36,955 bases of DNA, from the IMG/VR virus record IMGVR_UViG_3300017963_000499, positions 1 to 36,955 of that record; one strand, 5' to 3'. The translations under genes were made by a program, and so were the position numbers. Source of the DNA: a virus. Its lineage: Duplodnaviria > Caudoviricetes. Shown here piece after piece: positions 26,291 through 35,525 of this stretch. The number at the start of each line of letters is the position of its first letter. The stretch's first letter is position 1. Under the pieces are notes generated by a model that did no database searches, had not been told where the DNA came from, and saw only the letters and a program-made list of their open reading frames with translations.

Positions 26291-27028
26291 CTATCTGGTA
26301 AAATTGAATCGAACATTTAAGCCATGTTTTTTAATCGCTATATCACGAGCTTTTGCGGCATCAACTTCAGAATCAAAATATCCAAGAGTGATTTGTTTTC
26401 CATTTATCTTCATATATGATTGCCACTTCTTATGATACTTCGACCAAGTAACACCAATGTACTGAGACGACTTGTTGGTCGACCTGTCTTGCAATATTTG
26501 TTTTAATGATACAAGATCTGACACATCGTAATCCTCTCGCGGAAAATTCGTACAAGCGTAATCCCCAAATTCTAGAATAGCAACTCTATCATACGCCCTA
26601 GCTGCATCTTCTTCGTTATCAAACAATCCTATGTGGTGCATTTTCTTATTAACTGTAATTCTGGCAACATATTTGTTATATTGGTTATGTAATGTCACAC
26701 CCTTATATTTGCTAGCACCATAGGTGTGCCCTCTATTTAGAATGTTCTGTTTGTGTGTCCCGGTTCTGAGATTGCTTTTCCTATTGTCTAGGCCGTTATG
26801 ATTAATATGATCTACTTCAATCCCGTCGCCATATTCTAAACCTAAGACCAATCTATGCATATAGATAGAAGACATCTTGCCATCTGGTAGGGTAATATTT
26901 GCTCTTGCGTAACATGTGCGACCAGACCTTTTTGCAAACCAATTGTGTTGGATAACAACGTCGTAATCTTCGCTATCAACCAGACATGTCTCGCCGCTTT
27001 TTAGCTTAACTCTTCTTGTTTTACCCAT
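26291..27028 (-). CDS. HNH homing endonuclease with AP2 DNA-binding domains
   Basis: YMHRLVL, VDHINHNGLDNRKSNLR (HNH), two AP2 repeats (SKYKGVT..EEDAARAYD; SQYIGVT..EVDAAKARD). Confidence 0.92.
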   Translation of the reverse strand: MGKTRRVKLKSGETCLVDSEDYDVVIQHNWFAKRSGRTCYARANITLPDGKMSSIYMHRLVLGLEYGDGIEVDHINHNGLDNRKSNLRTGTHKQNILNRGHTYGASKYKGVTLHNQYNKYVARITVNKKMHHIGLFDNEEDAARAYDRVAILEFGDYACTNFPREDYDVSDLVSLKQILQDRSTNKSSQYIGVTWSKYHKKWQSYMKINGKQITLGYFDSEVDAAKARDIAIKKHGLNVRFNFTR

Positions 27029-27380
27029 AGCTAACCCCTATCGCATCAAGAGCAGCAATGCAAATAGCCTCTTCAATTGTTTCAATGTCCTCTCCCCAAC
27101 CATTGTCATTCTCGTCTTTGTTGCCGTAAAAGAATACACACCAGTTCGGGGGATGACAGTTTTGGATAGAGACATGGTAATCGTCGTCATACATTTTCTG
27201 GACAACTTCCCATGCAGCTTTTATGTCGTGCGAATAATAAGCCGGTAAATGGGTGTATGTCTTACCATCAGGAGAAGCCCAACCATCAACTTCAAAACCA
27301 CAGCTACCCTGATTTACCTTGCACTTCTTCCAGCCCATAATTTTAGTCGCAACAAGTTCGTCCAATTCCCTGTTTATCAT
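27021..27380 (-). CDS. Phage ABA-sandwich / BC1872-like protein
   Basis: RELDELVATKIMGW..YSHDIKAAWEVVQKM..EAICIAAL; start reassigned to MINREL (ATGA overlap). Confidence 0.75.
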   Translation of the reverse strand: MINRELDELVATKIMGWKKCKVNQGSCGFEVDGWASPDGKTYTHLPAYYSHDIKAAWEVVQKMYDDDYHVSIQNCHPPNWCVFFYGNKDENDNGWGEDIETIEEAICIAALDAIGVSYG

Positions 27381-27859
27381 ACAACCTCCGAATACTGGTA
27401 CATCCTCGACGTGTCGAAAAGCAATTCCATATACCTCTCTGTACCGAGACATGCACCAAGCTTGTTAATCTGTTGGGCTACCCACTCGAATCTTTTGAAA
27501 GCGGCCTTCAGGTCGGCCTCTGTGCAGGTTAAGAGCGTTACGCCATAAATGCACGATATCCATAAGTCTATGTCCCTGCCGTACTTCTCATATTCTTGAG
27601 CCATAAATGCTATATAATCAACTATCATACGCCCGTCGTCCGCCAAGAACGTCTGGTGAGCCTTAGATTCTGTGACTGGAATGCTGTAGTAAAAATCAAC
27701 AGATACGTTGCTGGACGGTAATGAAACGGACGTCATGGTATGTTTATACTCGAAACCATCATCCAAAGCCTCTGGCGATAGGAATGGGTTCTCCTCGATC
27801 TCTTGTTGGACAATCTCGACCTGATATTTGTCAATAAAGTCCTGAATTGTCTGCATCAT
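27377..27859 (-). CDS. Hypothetical protein
   Basis: 160 aa; GAGGG RBS; own upstream promoter. Confidence 0.65.
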   Translation of the reverse strand: MMQTIQDFIDKYQVEIVQQEIEENPFLSPEALDDGFEYKHTMTSVSLPSSNVSVDFYYSIPVTESKAHQTFLADDGRMIVDYIAFMAQEYEKYGRDIDLWISCIYGVTLLTCTEADLKAAFKRFEWVAQQINKLGACLGTERYMELLFDTSRMYQYSEVV

Positions 27860-27907
27860 CGTTTCCCTCTCTGGAGATCAAGCAACCTTGCATTCTCGGC
27901 TTGATAG

Positions 27908-27935
27908 ATTCTAATAGACTCAGACTGTATGTCAA
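27908..27935 (-). promoter_or_regulatory. Sigma70-like promoter
   Basis: Minus strand TTGACA-N16-TAGAAT upstream of 27859. Confidence 0.65.
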
Positions 27936-28034
27936 GCCTTCGCTTCAGGTTTGCATTTTCTTTCCTGAGCTTCCGAAGCTCTCTAGCAAGCTCGTATATG
28001 AGAAGTCCTACCCAAAATGCTACGACATACCACA

Positions 28035-28382
28035 TTACGGATGATTTCCTTTCTTGTAGTACCTGTCCAGTACGTCATCAAGACAAAACGTCTGCTCGAC
28101 GAAGAAGAGGTGGTCGTGGCGGTAACAATGGCCCTTGATCCAGTATCTCGCTTCCTCTCTAGTCATGCCACTACTCTTGGACTTTCTTGCCACTTCATCC
28201 ATACAATCAAGCTCTTCTTGGGAGAAATATGAGGAACAACTGAACTTCAGCGGTTCGACATTCACACGTTTCGGACAATACTTACAGCCGGATAACAAAA
28301 CAAGTATGAAGATCGCACTCAGAGATAGAAAGATAAACAGGTAAAAACATAAACTCTTTGCCATAGCTCTCTTTACGTCCAT
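28035..28382 (-). CDS. Membrane-anchored / possible lipoprotein
   Basis: Long hydrophobic segment ending in lipobox-like LLSGC. Confidence 0.55.
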   Translation of the reverse strand: MDVKRAMAKSLCFYLFIFLSLSAIFILVLLSGCKYCPKRVNVEPLKFSCSSYFSQEELDCMDEVARKSKSSGMTREEARYWIKGHCYRHDHLFFVEQTFCLDDVLDRYYKKGNHP

Positions 28383-28903
28383 AACATATCCCTTAATTCA
28401 CAAAGTTCTTGCATCTTTTTCGTCAAAGTCTGTCTCATTGCTTCTTCTTTCTTGTGGACTTGATCGAAAAACTCGTTGTCGTAATCGTTCAACTCAAAGC
28501 GGTACAGGCCGTCATCGTGCTTCGTAAACGGATTCTCTGTTCCCTTCTCGTAGTCATAGCCCTCCATCGCATCAAACTTTAGATAGACATTCTTCCACCA
28601 GTAATAAAGATTTTCTATTTTATCCCACTCCTTCTGATGGAAAGACGTATCAAAATGCTCCAGAGGCTTCTCGTTCTCCATGAAGTCTACTAGAATCTGA
28701 AACATGGCATGTGGGAGAACATTGCATCGGTCGCACCATGTCGGGGGCAAAGTCTTTACGTGGATACGATTGTAGCGGTGCCACAAAGCACACTTGAGGT
28801 AGTACCAAGCGTCGTGTAGTTTTCTACGAACCTTGCCGAGAAACGTACTTGGCCAGATCTTTTCTAGGCTCTCAAAAAATGAATCACCCGCTCTGACTTC
28901 CAT
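28373..28903 (-). CDS. Hypothetical protein
   Basis: Start reassigned to MEVRAG (AGGAG RBS); Trp-rich phage-type protein. Confidence 0.65.
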   Translation of the reverse strand: MEVRAGDSFFESLEKIWPSTFLGKVRRKLHDAWYYLKCALWHRYNRIHVKTLPPTWCDRCNVLPHAMFQILVDFMENEKPLEHFDTSFHQKEWDKIENLYYWWKNVYLKFDAMEGYDYEKGTENPFTKHDDGLYRFELNDYDNEFFDQVHKKEEAMRQTLTKKMQELCELRDMLWT

Positions 28904-29120
28904 CTTTTGTCTCCTCTCGCCCTTCGTACCAACAAATAGTGCAGGTTCTGTGAAAATGCTCACCCTTCCAGTGTCTATCGCATGGATGGGGTCGGACATT
29001 ATATTCGCCCTCAGAATCTCCTTGGCAATATCTCATTGACGAACTTTTGTATCCACACTTTGGACATGTCCAATCATTCAATATGACAACAGATCGGCTC
29101 TCTTTTCTATATTCGAACAC
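28884..29120 (-). CDS. Small zinc-binding protein
   Basis: CPKCG..YC..EHFHRTCTIC; fills the gap between neighbours. Confidence 0.55.
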   Translation of the reverse strand: MFEYRKESRSVVILNDWTCPKCGYKSSSMRYCQGDSEGEYNVRPHPCDRHWKGEHFHRTCTICWYEGREETKDGSQSG

Positions 29121-29374
29121 GGCCTACCGCCCCTTTCGATATCAACAACAGCATCGACAAATTCAAATTCAAGATTCCCACTTTTTAAGGCGGCGTGCAG
29201 TTCGCCGCTCTGAAGATCGACAAGCAAATAGAAATTGTCGGCGGTATCCTGATTAACAAACCTATGCTCGTAATCTTCTCGAAGCATCATTAAGTATTTA
29301 CCGTGATGTAAGACAACATCGCCCGGCTTTATGCTCGCCCAATCTACGCTTGTCTTTTGAACTCTAAGTTTCAT
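29078..29374 (-). CDS. Hypothetical protein
   Basis: 98 aa; ATGA overlap. Confidence 0.6.
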   Translation of the reverse strand: MKLRVQKTSVDWASIKPGDVVLHHGKYLMMLREDYEHRFVNQDTADNFYLLVDLQSGELHAALKSGNLEFEFVDAVVDIERGGRPCSNIEKRADLLSY

Positions 29375-29742
29375 TTCTTTCCCTTTGCCCTATGTAGCTT
29401 GTCCAAAGCTTCGCCAACTTGTTCGTCAAGGTGAATTTTCTTGGCCAGTGTGGGCCTGAGATTCACGAGGAGCCGACGCGCCTCCTCCAGTAGTTCGTCC
29501 TGTTCTGCAATTTTCGCCTGTAATTGTTCTATATTGCTGCCAAAAAACGAATAGCGAAACGGCCCGGACATATCCCAATATGAATCCGCCGAGTTATTCT
29601 TAGCCTCTTTCGCCCACTGTCGCATGACCTTCTTGGCCTCTTTCTCGCTCTTGAAGATGTGGGGTCCGTCGCATGGATCTATGACTATCCAAAGCTCTGG
29701 CGGCGCTTCATCTGTATAGATTAGATCTTCATGCACTTTCAT
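29371..29742 (-). CDS. Hypothetical protein
   Basis: Start reassigned to MKVHEDL (ATGA overlap with upstream gene). Confidence 0.6.
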   Translation of the reverse strand: MKVHEDLIYTDEAPPELWIVIDPCDGPHIFKSEKEAKKVMRQWAKEAKNNSADSYWDMSGPFRYSFFGSNIEQLQAKIAEQDELLEEARRLLVNLRPTLAKKIHLDEQVGEALDKLHRAKGKK

Positions 29743-30206
29743 TTCAAATATTTCCTTTTGTGATAGGAAACTGCTGGCTGGCTGATACCCAACTCTTCGG
29801 CGATCTCGTGTTGTGAAAAGCCAGACTGCAACATTACCAAGAGCCGTTTCCTCTGTTCCTCCGTCAGCTTCCAAGCTGTCTGATTCTTGCGTTTCACTTC
29901 CGACTGAGTCCCCCAGAAAAACCTATCGGCATAGTTGATCTTCTTGCTACGGAACCGATGTCTGCGAACAGAGATGTTCTTGTGATCGAAAGCTGTCGTG
30001 TGGAATGCCTGACACACAAGGCGTTGGGGATACAGCGTGTTATATTTGCCATCCACAAATAGATTGATCCTCATGGTTCCGCTTCGATCCATGAATTGCT
30101 TCAGTTTTCTTGGCCTGTCGTCTTTGTAACTCCACACATTTCCCCTGCGGTCAATCTTGTAATCCGGGTATCCGGGGATATCTCGTTTTTCGCTTAAATC
30201 AGGCAT
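29739..30206 (-). CDS. NUMOD4 / degenerate HNH protein with C-terminal HTH
   Basis: RDIPGYPDYKIDRRGNVWS (NUMOD4-like), decayed HNH segment, SQHEIAEELGISQPAVS HTH; start at MPDLSEK. Confidence 0.75.
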   Translation of the reverse strand: MPDLSEKRDIPGYPDYKIDRRGNVWSYKDDRPRKLKQFMDRSGTMRINLFVDGKYNTLYPQRLVCQAFHTTAFDHKNISVRRHRFRSKKINYADRFFWGTQSEVKRKNQTAWKLTEEQRKRLLVMLQSGFSQHEIAEELGISQPAVSYHKRKYLK

Positions 30207-30456
30207 CAAGAATCTCCCTAATCTGCTCTTCTGTAACCGGATATGAAGAATCGCACCGAACCGCAGCAATCACCTGCATGATCTTGGTAATGTAGTCATC
30301 AGCAATCACTTCCTCGTCTGGCGACTCGCCACTGATAGTAGTCGGAGGGTCTTGGTTGAAACCATACGAGAAACAAAACCCCTGATTGCCGCAGCACCTA
30401 CAACGCCCACAGGTTGGGCACGGACCATGATCTTGGTTAAACTGAAAATCCATCAC
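30199..30456 (-). CDS. Small Cys-rich hypothetical protein
   Basis: CPTCGRCRCCG; coupled to neighbours. Confidence 0.55.
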   Translation of the reverse strand: MMDFQFNQDHGPCPTCGRCRCCGNQGFCFSYGFNQDPPTTISGESPDEEVIADDYITKIMQVIAAVRCDSSYPVTEEQIREILDA

Positions 30457-30710
30457 TCATCCTCCTCAATCGCTTGTTTCAACTCTTCAAGTGCCTCTTC
30501 TGCACCCTGCGAATAATGATAGTCGGTTGTCTCGCCATAATCGTTCCACTTATCGATCATCTTGTCGCAAATATCTTCTACATGAAACATCGCGGCCAGC
30601 CAACAAGCATGCCAGTCTTCCCATTCAATAAAACAATTGACGTCGTGGCAGTATTTCTCAAATGCTTTCTCGCATTCAGTCATCCAGCATTTTCTCCTCT
30701 TCTCGGTCAA
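30453..30710 (-). CDS. Hypothetical protein
   Basis: ORF in gene train; start uncertain. Confidence 0.55.
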   Translation of the reverse strand: MTEKRRKCWMTECEKAFEKYCHDVNCFIEWEDWHACWLAAMFHVEDICDKMIDKWNDYGETTDYHYSQGAEEALEELKQAIEEDE

Positions 30711-30912
30711 TCAGCTTCCCCAAAGCTGTGGCGCGAGCGGCCCATTTGCAACATGATTGACCCGTCCATCGGAATCCGGAGTCGTTAGACGCCTCATAGG
30801 TCTTCTTGAACGCTGTAACTTCGATGACCGACAGATCATCTTTGATGCCATTGACCTTGGCCTCACCTTTGACTTCTTTGAGTAATGCACGACAGAAACT
30901 GTGGTCATCCAT
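30676..30912 (-). CDS. Hypothetical protein
   Basis: 78 aa, overlapping neighbours. Confidence 0.55.
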   Translation of the reverse strand: MDDHSFCRALLKEVKGEAKVNGIKDDLSVIEVTAFKKTYEASNDSGFRWTGQSCCKWAARATALGKLIDREEEKMLDD

Positions 30913-31330
30913 TTTCTTTCTTATTCCTCATTATGATACCACGAACAGTAGACTGATCCCATATCGTATTCCCACGCTTTGTTGCAAAACCACTCGCTGT
31001 CAACTCCTGTGCTATTTGCGGGAAAGAGAAACCCTTATCTCTCATTAGGGAAATCTTCCTGATGATTTTCTGTTCTTCGCTATTCTTGACCAATGTTTCT
31101 CCGTCCTCTCCAAGATCATATCCGTAAGGAGTTCTAGACACACGCTTTCCAGATCGTCTTCTCCGCTTCAGTGCCTCTCTCGTCAATTGACTAACAGACA
31201 TATTCTTTTTCTTATGGTGTGCTTTCGAATGGCATTTCCCGCACAGAGGTACAGTCTTTGTCCCGCCTCTAGTCCTCGGAACAACATGATGGTCGTATTC
31301 TGCCGGTTTGCCACATTCAAAGCATTTCAT
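30905..31330 (-). CDS. HNH endonuclease-like domain fused to a serine-recombinase-type DNA-binding (Recombinase) domain
   Basis: MKCFECG..DHHVVPRTRGGTKTVPLCGKCHSKAH, then RTPYGY..EEQKIIRKI..GFSFPQIAQEL..G..TKRG..WDQSTVRGII; start at 31330. Confidence 0.8.
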   Translation of the reverse strand: MKCFECGKPAEYDHHVVPRTRGGTKTVPLCGKCHSKAHHKKKNMSVSQLTREALKRRRRSGKRVSRTPYGYDLGEDGETLVKNSEEQKIIRKISLMRDKGFSFPQIAQELTASGFATKRGNTIWDQSTVRGIIMRNKKENG

Positions 31331-31337
31331 GCCATCT

Positions 31338-31655
31338 CTACCTTTTGTCAATCTCCACAGACCAATGACCCCAACTGATGTAGAGCGAAAATACTTCCAT
31401 AGCTGGCTTGTCTTTGACTTCGATGCTGAAGCCAGCAACTTGTAGTCGTGTAATAGCGGGCTCAAGGATCTGAGACCGGAAGAAATCTCTGTCTTCGTTC
31501 ACATAGCCGCAGTCAAAATAGGTGTACGTTCTACACACGCTTGCCGCGTGACGAATTCGGTTGTCGATCTTTTGAATGAGTTCGTTCTGCCGGTCCTTCT
31601 TGTCCTTAACCTCAGCCTTTTCAGTAAGTTCGTATGCTTCTCTTGCACTAATCAT
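31338..31655 (-). CDS. Hypothetical protein
   Basis: Start MISAREA with GAGGAG RBS and TAATG overlap; ends YISW. Confidence 0.6.
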   Translation of the reverse strand: MISAREAYELTEKAEVKDKKDRQNELIQKIDNRIRHAASVCRTYTYFDCGYVNEDRDFFRSQILEPAITRLQVAGFSIEVKDKPAMEVFSLYISWGHWSVEIDKR

Positions 31656-32050
31656 TATGTTCTCCTCACACACTTCTTACACGTTTCTTTTTTAGGTGGC
31701 TTACATGTGGTATAAGAATCGAACTTCCTACTATCAAACGAGAATCCACATGCACACTCGTATGTTGTTCCCTCTCCTTCGTCGTTTGCCACAGTCCATA
31801 TCGTTTTGAGTTTGTGCCAGACAGAGGATCTGTCGGCCTTGACGTACAGTGTTTTTGGCTTATTGACGATTTCCATTGGGCCGTATGATGCGTGGCCATC
31901 CCATTCTTCGATATGTAGATTTTCAACGATGCCTTCTCGCTTGTACATTTTGCGAATTTTCTTTTCCGCCGATTTGACGGTTCTGGCCTCGACGAATTGC
32001 TCGCAATCCTCTGGCATCATCAATGTAAACTCAGCCCTGAACTGTTTCAT
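31655..32050 (-). CDS. Hypothetical protein with C-terminal Zn-binding motif
   Basis: VWH..CACG..TCKKC. Confidence 0.6.
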   Translation of the reverse strand: MKQFRAEFTLMMPEDCEQFVEARTVKSAEKKIRKMYKREGIVENLHIEEWDGHASYGPMEIVNKPKTLYVKADRSSVWHKLKTIWTVANDEGEGTTYECACGFSFDSRKFDSYTTCKPPKKETCKKCVRRT

Positions 32051-32061
32051 TCCTGATTCCT

Positions 32062-32352
32062 CTATGCGGTAAGAGATCTGAAAGTAAAAAAGTCTTTATG
32101 CATCGGATAATCTTCTACGAACTTTCTCGCGTATCGAGAACTATAGTTATTATTGAGTTTGAAGTCTTCATTGTGATCTGGATCAATGTCATAATGCCAT
32201 CGTATTCTAAGCAAAATCGCGTGGGCGCTATAGTGATTATGTCCAGCCGCCAATATCTCACGCACAAATTTGACAAACAACTCGTAAACCTCTGGGTGCC
32301 TATTGTCAAATCGCTCAAACGCTTCTTGTATTTTACTCTTTTCTTGAATCAT
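32062..32352 (-). CDS. Conserved phage hypothetical protein
   Basis: HPEVYELF..RIRWH..FKLNNNYSSRYAR..FFTFR pattern recalled from many phage proteins. Confidence 0.75.
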   Translation of the reverse strand: MIQEKSKIQEAFERFDNRHPEVYELFVKFVREILAAGHNHYSAHAILLRIRWHYDIDPDHNEDFKLNNNYSSRYARKFVEDYPMHKDFFTFRSLTA

Positions 32353-32365
32353 CCCTTTCTCCTAT

Positions 32366-32695
32366 TCACCACGGACTTTGCACGGCGTATCCGTTGTTCA
32401 GCATCCAATCGTTTACGTTCTCCCCGGTTGGTAGATAGATCTCGGCGAGATACCTGCCGTACTTGCCAGTCTTCTCAGTTCTGACCATGACGCGGGATCC
32501 GACGCCGATGTAGTCCCGTAATGCCGCTGTCGCTTTCTTACCCTCTGCCTTGCTAGGCCCTCTGGTCTCTGGGGCGTTGATGCGTGCAAGCCGCAACCTT
32601 TGCTTGGTATGAACCTTGAAACCGAGATCGACGGTCACATCGATGGTGTCCCCATCCACTACTCTTCGGACTACCGCTGGATACATTAGTAACAT
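32366..32695 (-). CDS. Thermonuclease (SNase-like) family nuclease
   Basis: RVVDGDTID, RLARINAPE, GKYGRYLA, NVNDWMLNNGYA. Confidence 0.92.
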   Translation of the reverse strand: MLLMYPAVVRRVVDGDTIDVTVDLGFKVHTKQRLRLARINAPETRGPSKAEGKKATAALRDYIGVGSRVMVRTEKTGKYGRYLAEIYLPTGENVNDWMLNNGYAVQSPW

Positions 32696-32696
32696 A

Positions 32697-33098
32697 TCAT
32701 TTTCCTAACCGACAGTCGCAAACGACTGGCTTATGAAACATTGTTCGCACTCCACTCCCGCCACACAACCGACAAGGTTCGGGAGATTGAAAATCTCCTT
32801 TGTACTCCTGTCCCCACTCCTTCTGGTCATATTCGAAAGTTTTGTTCTCTAGTTTTAAGGGCTTCATGCCAAATCTATCCAGAAGTTCGTCAAGTATTTC
32901 GTCAGAGAGAATCGTATAAGTAATGCCAACTATGTCCTTGTGGCCAGTTGCCGATATGATTCTCCTGCTGGCATCATTGGGATATACCAAGGTTGAAATC
33001 ATCAATTCTTTGCCATCAACATCCAATTCCCAGTCTTCATGAACACATGTGGGAAAGCAGTCTACATAACGGTTGTAAGTCAACAGCGTCATATTCAA
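32697..33098 (-). CDS. Hypothetical protein with C-terminal CxxCxGxG motif
   Basis: PCRLCGGSG..CDC. Confidence 0.6.
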   Translation of the reverse strand: MNMTLLTYNRYVDCFPTCVHEDWELDVDGKELMISTLVYPNDASRRIISATGHKDIVGITYTILSDEILDELLDRFGMKPLKLENKTFEYDQKEWGQEYKGDFQSPEPCRLCGGSGVRTMFHKPVVCDCRLGK

Positions 33099-33463
33099 TG
33101 TAGCCCCTCCCGAATGATGTCCATATCTTCCCTGCTGATGATCTTTTGTAACTCTTTGAAGCGTTTAATCTTACGCTTGTACTCTTCGAGTTCCTTCTTG
33201 TACTCGGCCATCCGCTTATCGTACCACTCCATGAAAGCGGCTTTGGAGCCGACACCAGTTCCGTCACAGGCATGGCACTTGTATTTTGGTGCCAACTTGT
33301 AACCTTCTATTGGGTCTCGGTCTTTTTCATCGCGGTTCCAGCCGAAGCCACTACATGCGAGACAAGGAAAGGCGTTTCTCCTCTCGAACTTTTTGTTATT
33401 GAATGAGATGTGCATCTTTGCTTTCCCAATGCTTGCGAATGGTTTGTATGGTTTACTTATCAT
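33095..33463 (-). CDS. DnaJ-type Cys-rich zinc-finger protein
   Basis: CLACSGFG and CHACDGTG motifs; coiled-coil tail. Confidence 0.65.
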   Translation of the reverse strand: MISKPYKPFASIGKAKMHISFNNKKFERRNAFPCLACSGFGWNRDEKDRDPIEGYKLAPKYKCHACDGTGVGSKAAFMEWYDKRMAEYKKELEEYKRKIKRFKELQKIISREDMDIIREGLH

Positions 33464-34071
33464 CCCTTGACTACCTTTCCAATATCATTTTTGCCAACCG
33501 CCATATCTATAGCAGTCATTTCTTCATCACATGACCCTGTGATTTCAAAGATGTCTTCCCGACTAAAGATTTGGAATGAAGCGAAAAGCTCTGATTTTTT
33601 CTTGTCTATCATTTCAAAAGCACCGTCGCCGGATACCACAATCGTAATTCCAACGTCTTTGTGTGATAACAAAAGTGGCAATATGGCTTCTAGTGTTTCT
33701 TTGTTAAATGATATGGCCACTTCTGTATCTTTGATATATTCTGTTTCATATAATTGTGATGCTGGCAGATATACTTCCAAGCGATTGTAGTCCGAATTAT
33801 AAACGCTTGTATGGGCAGACTTATTTGGAAAGACATATGGATTTCTTGATCGCAGAAGAATGTCTTCGTCAAGTGGTTTGGCAATCATTGAAAGCTTGAA
33901 TCGTAAGCCAGTATCTCTTTTAACTCTATCGGTCGCTTGAGTAATAAGCTTCTGCAACGTAGAACTTGTTAAGCTTATCTTCCCAGATATTTGCCCCAAT
34001 CTTTTCTCTTGGGAATAATCAAAGTTGTGCCATTGTTCTCTAGGTTTCTTCGCCAAGATTCGCCTCCTCAT
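33460..34071 (-). CDS. Hypothetical protein (start uncertain)
   Basis: Long AT-richer ORF; probable start MRRRILAK. Confidence 0.6.
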   Translation of the reverse strand: MRRRILAKKPREQWHNFDYSQEKRLGQISGKISLTSSTLQKLITQATDRVKRDTGLRFKLSMIAKPLDEDILLRSRNPYVFPNKSAHTSVYNSDYNRLEVYLPASQLYETEYIKDTEVAISFNKETLEAILPLLLSHKDVGITIVVSGDGAFEMIDKKKSELFASFQIFSREDIFEITGSCDEEMTAIDMAVGKNDIGKVVKG

Positions 34072-34300
34072 CTGAAAGACCGTCGTAGTCTCTGCCCATT
34101 TTGTCGCGTGCCCAGATGGTTCCATCCGTTCCTTCTAAATCTTCATACGAAAAGCCAAGTTCTTCCAACAACGCCCTTGTATGACTATTGAATAGATCGG
34201 TCACATAGGACATTCGTCCATCTGCGTATCTTCGGGCCATCCAGTGCAAGTCGCATACGACTTGCCTTAAAGTCTGTAGGTCTTTTTCATTCATTTTCAT
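34040..34300 (-). CDS. Phage hypothetical protein
   Basis: DLHWMARRYADGRMSY motif; start near 34294-34300. Confidence 0.65.
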   Translation of the reverse strand: MKMNEKDLQTLRQVVCDLHWMARRYADGRMSYVTDLFNSHTRALLEELGFSYEDLEGTDGTIWARDKMGRDYDGLSDEEANLGEET

Positions 34301-34589
34301 ACCATCCAAATCCTGCCGTGTCGAAAGTATCTGGATCAACATGAAAACATAGTCGTTCGCCGCAAAGAGTGTATGTAATTGTAGCCAACAAAGCGGGAAC
34401 AGTTAACTCGCAACCATACCCGTCCGGGTGATCTTTGAGTACAAGTTCTGGAAATGCACGCTCAAGATCTCGCAAAGCCTCATCATGCTCTGCGCCAATC
34501 GCAATCCACGAGCAATTGTTGTATAGCTTAGGCTCAATTTTGGCCAATTTATTCAATAGATCAAGCAGTCTAGCCTTTTTATCGTCCAT
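34287..34589 (-). CDS. Hypothetical protein
   Basis: 100 aa; GGGGGG RBS-like sequence. Confidence 0.6.
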   Translation of the reverse strand: MDDKKARLLDLLNKLAKIEPKLYNNCSWIAIGAEHDEALRDLERAFPELVLKDHPDGYGCELTVPALLATITYTLCGERLCFHVDPDTFDTAGFGWYENE

Positions 34590-34794
34590 CGTCGCCCCCC
34601 ATCAAGAAGTCTTCCCATTCTTCGACGAAGACATCTACTAAGTTACCCTTTGCAACAGCGATGATCGGTAGTCCGTAGAGGGCCTCGCGGATGTACTCGC
34701 GGAGATGATCGTCCATCGTCCTTTGTGGATTCGCCTCAATGATCTCGGCAAACAACTTGGAAAACGCCTTGTTCCTATCGTCCTGATTCCTCAC
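34579..34794 (-). CDS. Hypothetical protein
   Basis: GTG start with GGAGG RBS, GTGA overlap. Confidence 0.6.
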   Translation of the reverse strand: MRNQDDRNKAFSKLFAEIIEANPQRTMDDHLREYIREALYGLPIIAVAKGNLVDVFVEEWEDFLMGGDDGR

Positions 34795-34973
34795 GCCTCT
34801 TGCTCCCTAAGAGTAATCTCAAGATCACAATCGTTTAATTCGTCTGGTAGAAATCCTTCGCCTTTAAGTTCTACGGCTACCTCATTGAGCAGATTCAGAA
34901 AGTTCTGAACCATGTTTTCATCTTCCGAGAACTCTGTCCAGCTAATTGTTCGTGTCGCTTCCGCCATCTTCAT
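34791..34973 (-). CDS. Small acidic hypothetical protein
   Basis: GGAGG RBS; coupled to neighbours. Confidence 0.55.
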   Translation of the reverse strand: MKMAEATRTISWTEFSEDENMVQNFLNLLNEVAVELKGEGFLPDELNDCDLEITLREQEA

Positions 34974-35331
34974 CCTCCGCTAACATATAGTCTATGATTG
35001 CCATCGCCCCTTCGTAGATCTGCTGACGAACAGCATCGTTCAACGACCTTAGATTGGCTACGCCGCCGTGCCAAGTGTACATAGCATAGCCGTCATCCAT
35101 CAGACTCAAGTTTGAATGGATTTCGCTATTGATCAGAAGGTCTACTCCCTTGTACGTCGCTACGAAATCGCCAACCTTGTGCTCCCACACGAGCTTCTTC
35201 TCTCTCGTTAGTTTGGTCAGCTTGTCAAGTACAGCAGCAGTTTTCCCTTCGGTCGTCATTTCCTCTACACATTTAGGGCATGAATATCCGCCATAATAGA
35301 TTCCAGTGTGTTTTGAACATGTACCGCCCAT
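34942..35331 (-). CDS. Hypothetical protein
   Basis: N-terminal CSKH..CPKC; TAATG overlap. Confidence 0.6.
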   Translation of the reverse strand: MGGTCSKHTGIYYGGYSCPKCVEEMTTEGKTAAVLDKLTKLTREKKLVWEHKVGDFVATYKGVDLLINSEIHSNLSLMDDGYAMYTWHGGVANLRSLNDAVRQQIYEGAMAIIDYMLAEDEDGGSDTNN

Positions 35332-35525
35332 TATTCTCCCTCCGAGTTGTCGCCGCTATCGCTAGATAGCTCTTGTATTCTAATCTCCACGACACAGTCC
35401 TTCAGGTGAACCTTCTCTTTGGCCAGTTTGTTGATCATATCCTGCATTGCACGACCAACGAGTTTCAGGGGTTGTTTAGCCACTGATAGATCACGTCCGC
35501 TGACGAATTTTCTGATCGACTTCAT
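35331..35525 (-). CDS. Hypothetical protein
   Basis: Start reassigned to MKSIRK (GGGAG RBS, ATGA overlap). Confidence 0.55.
   Translation of the reverse strand: MKSIRKFVSGRDLSVAKQPLKLVGRAMQDMINKLAKEKVHLKDCVVEIRIQELSSDSGDNSEGE

Noticed and set aside
30905-31465. Serine integrase indicating a temperate lifestyle
   Set aside because: No catalytic resolvase domain; only the DNA-binding part, fused to HNH.
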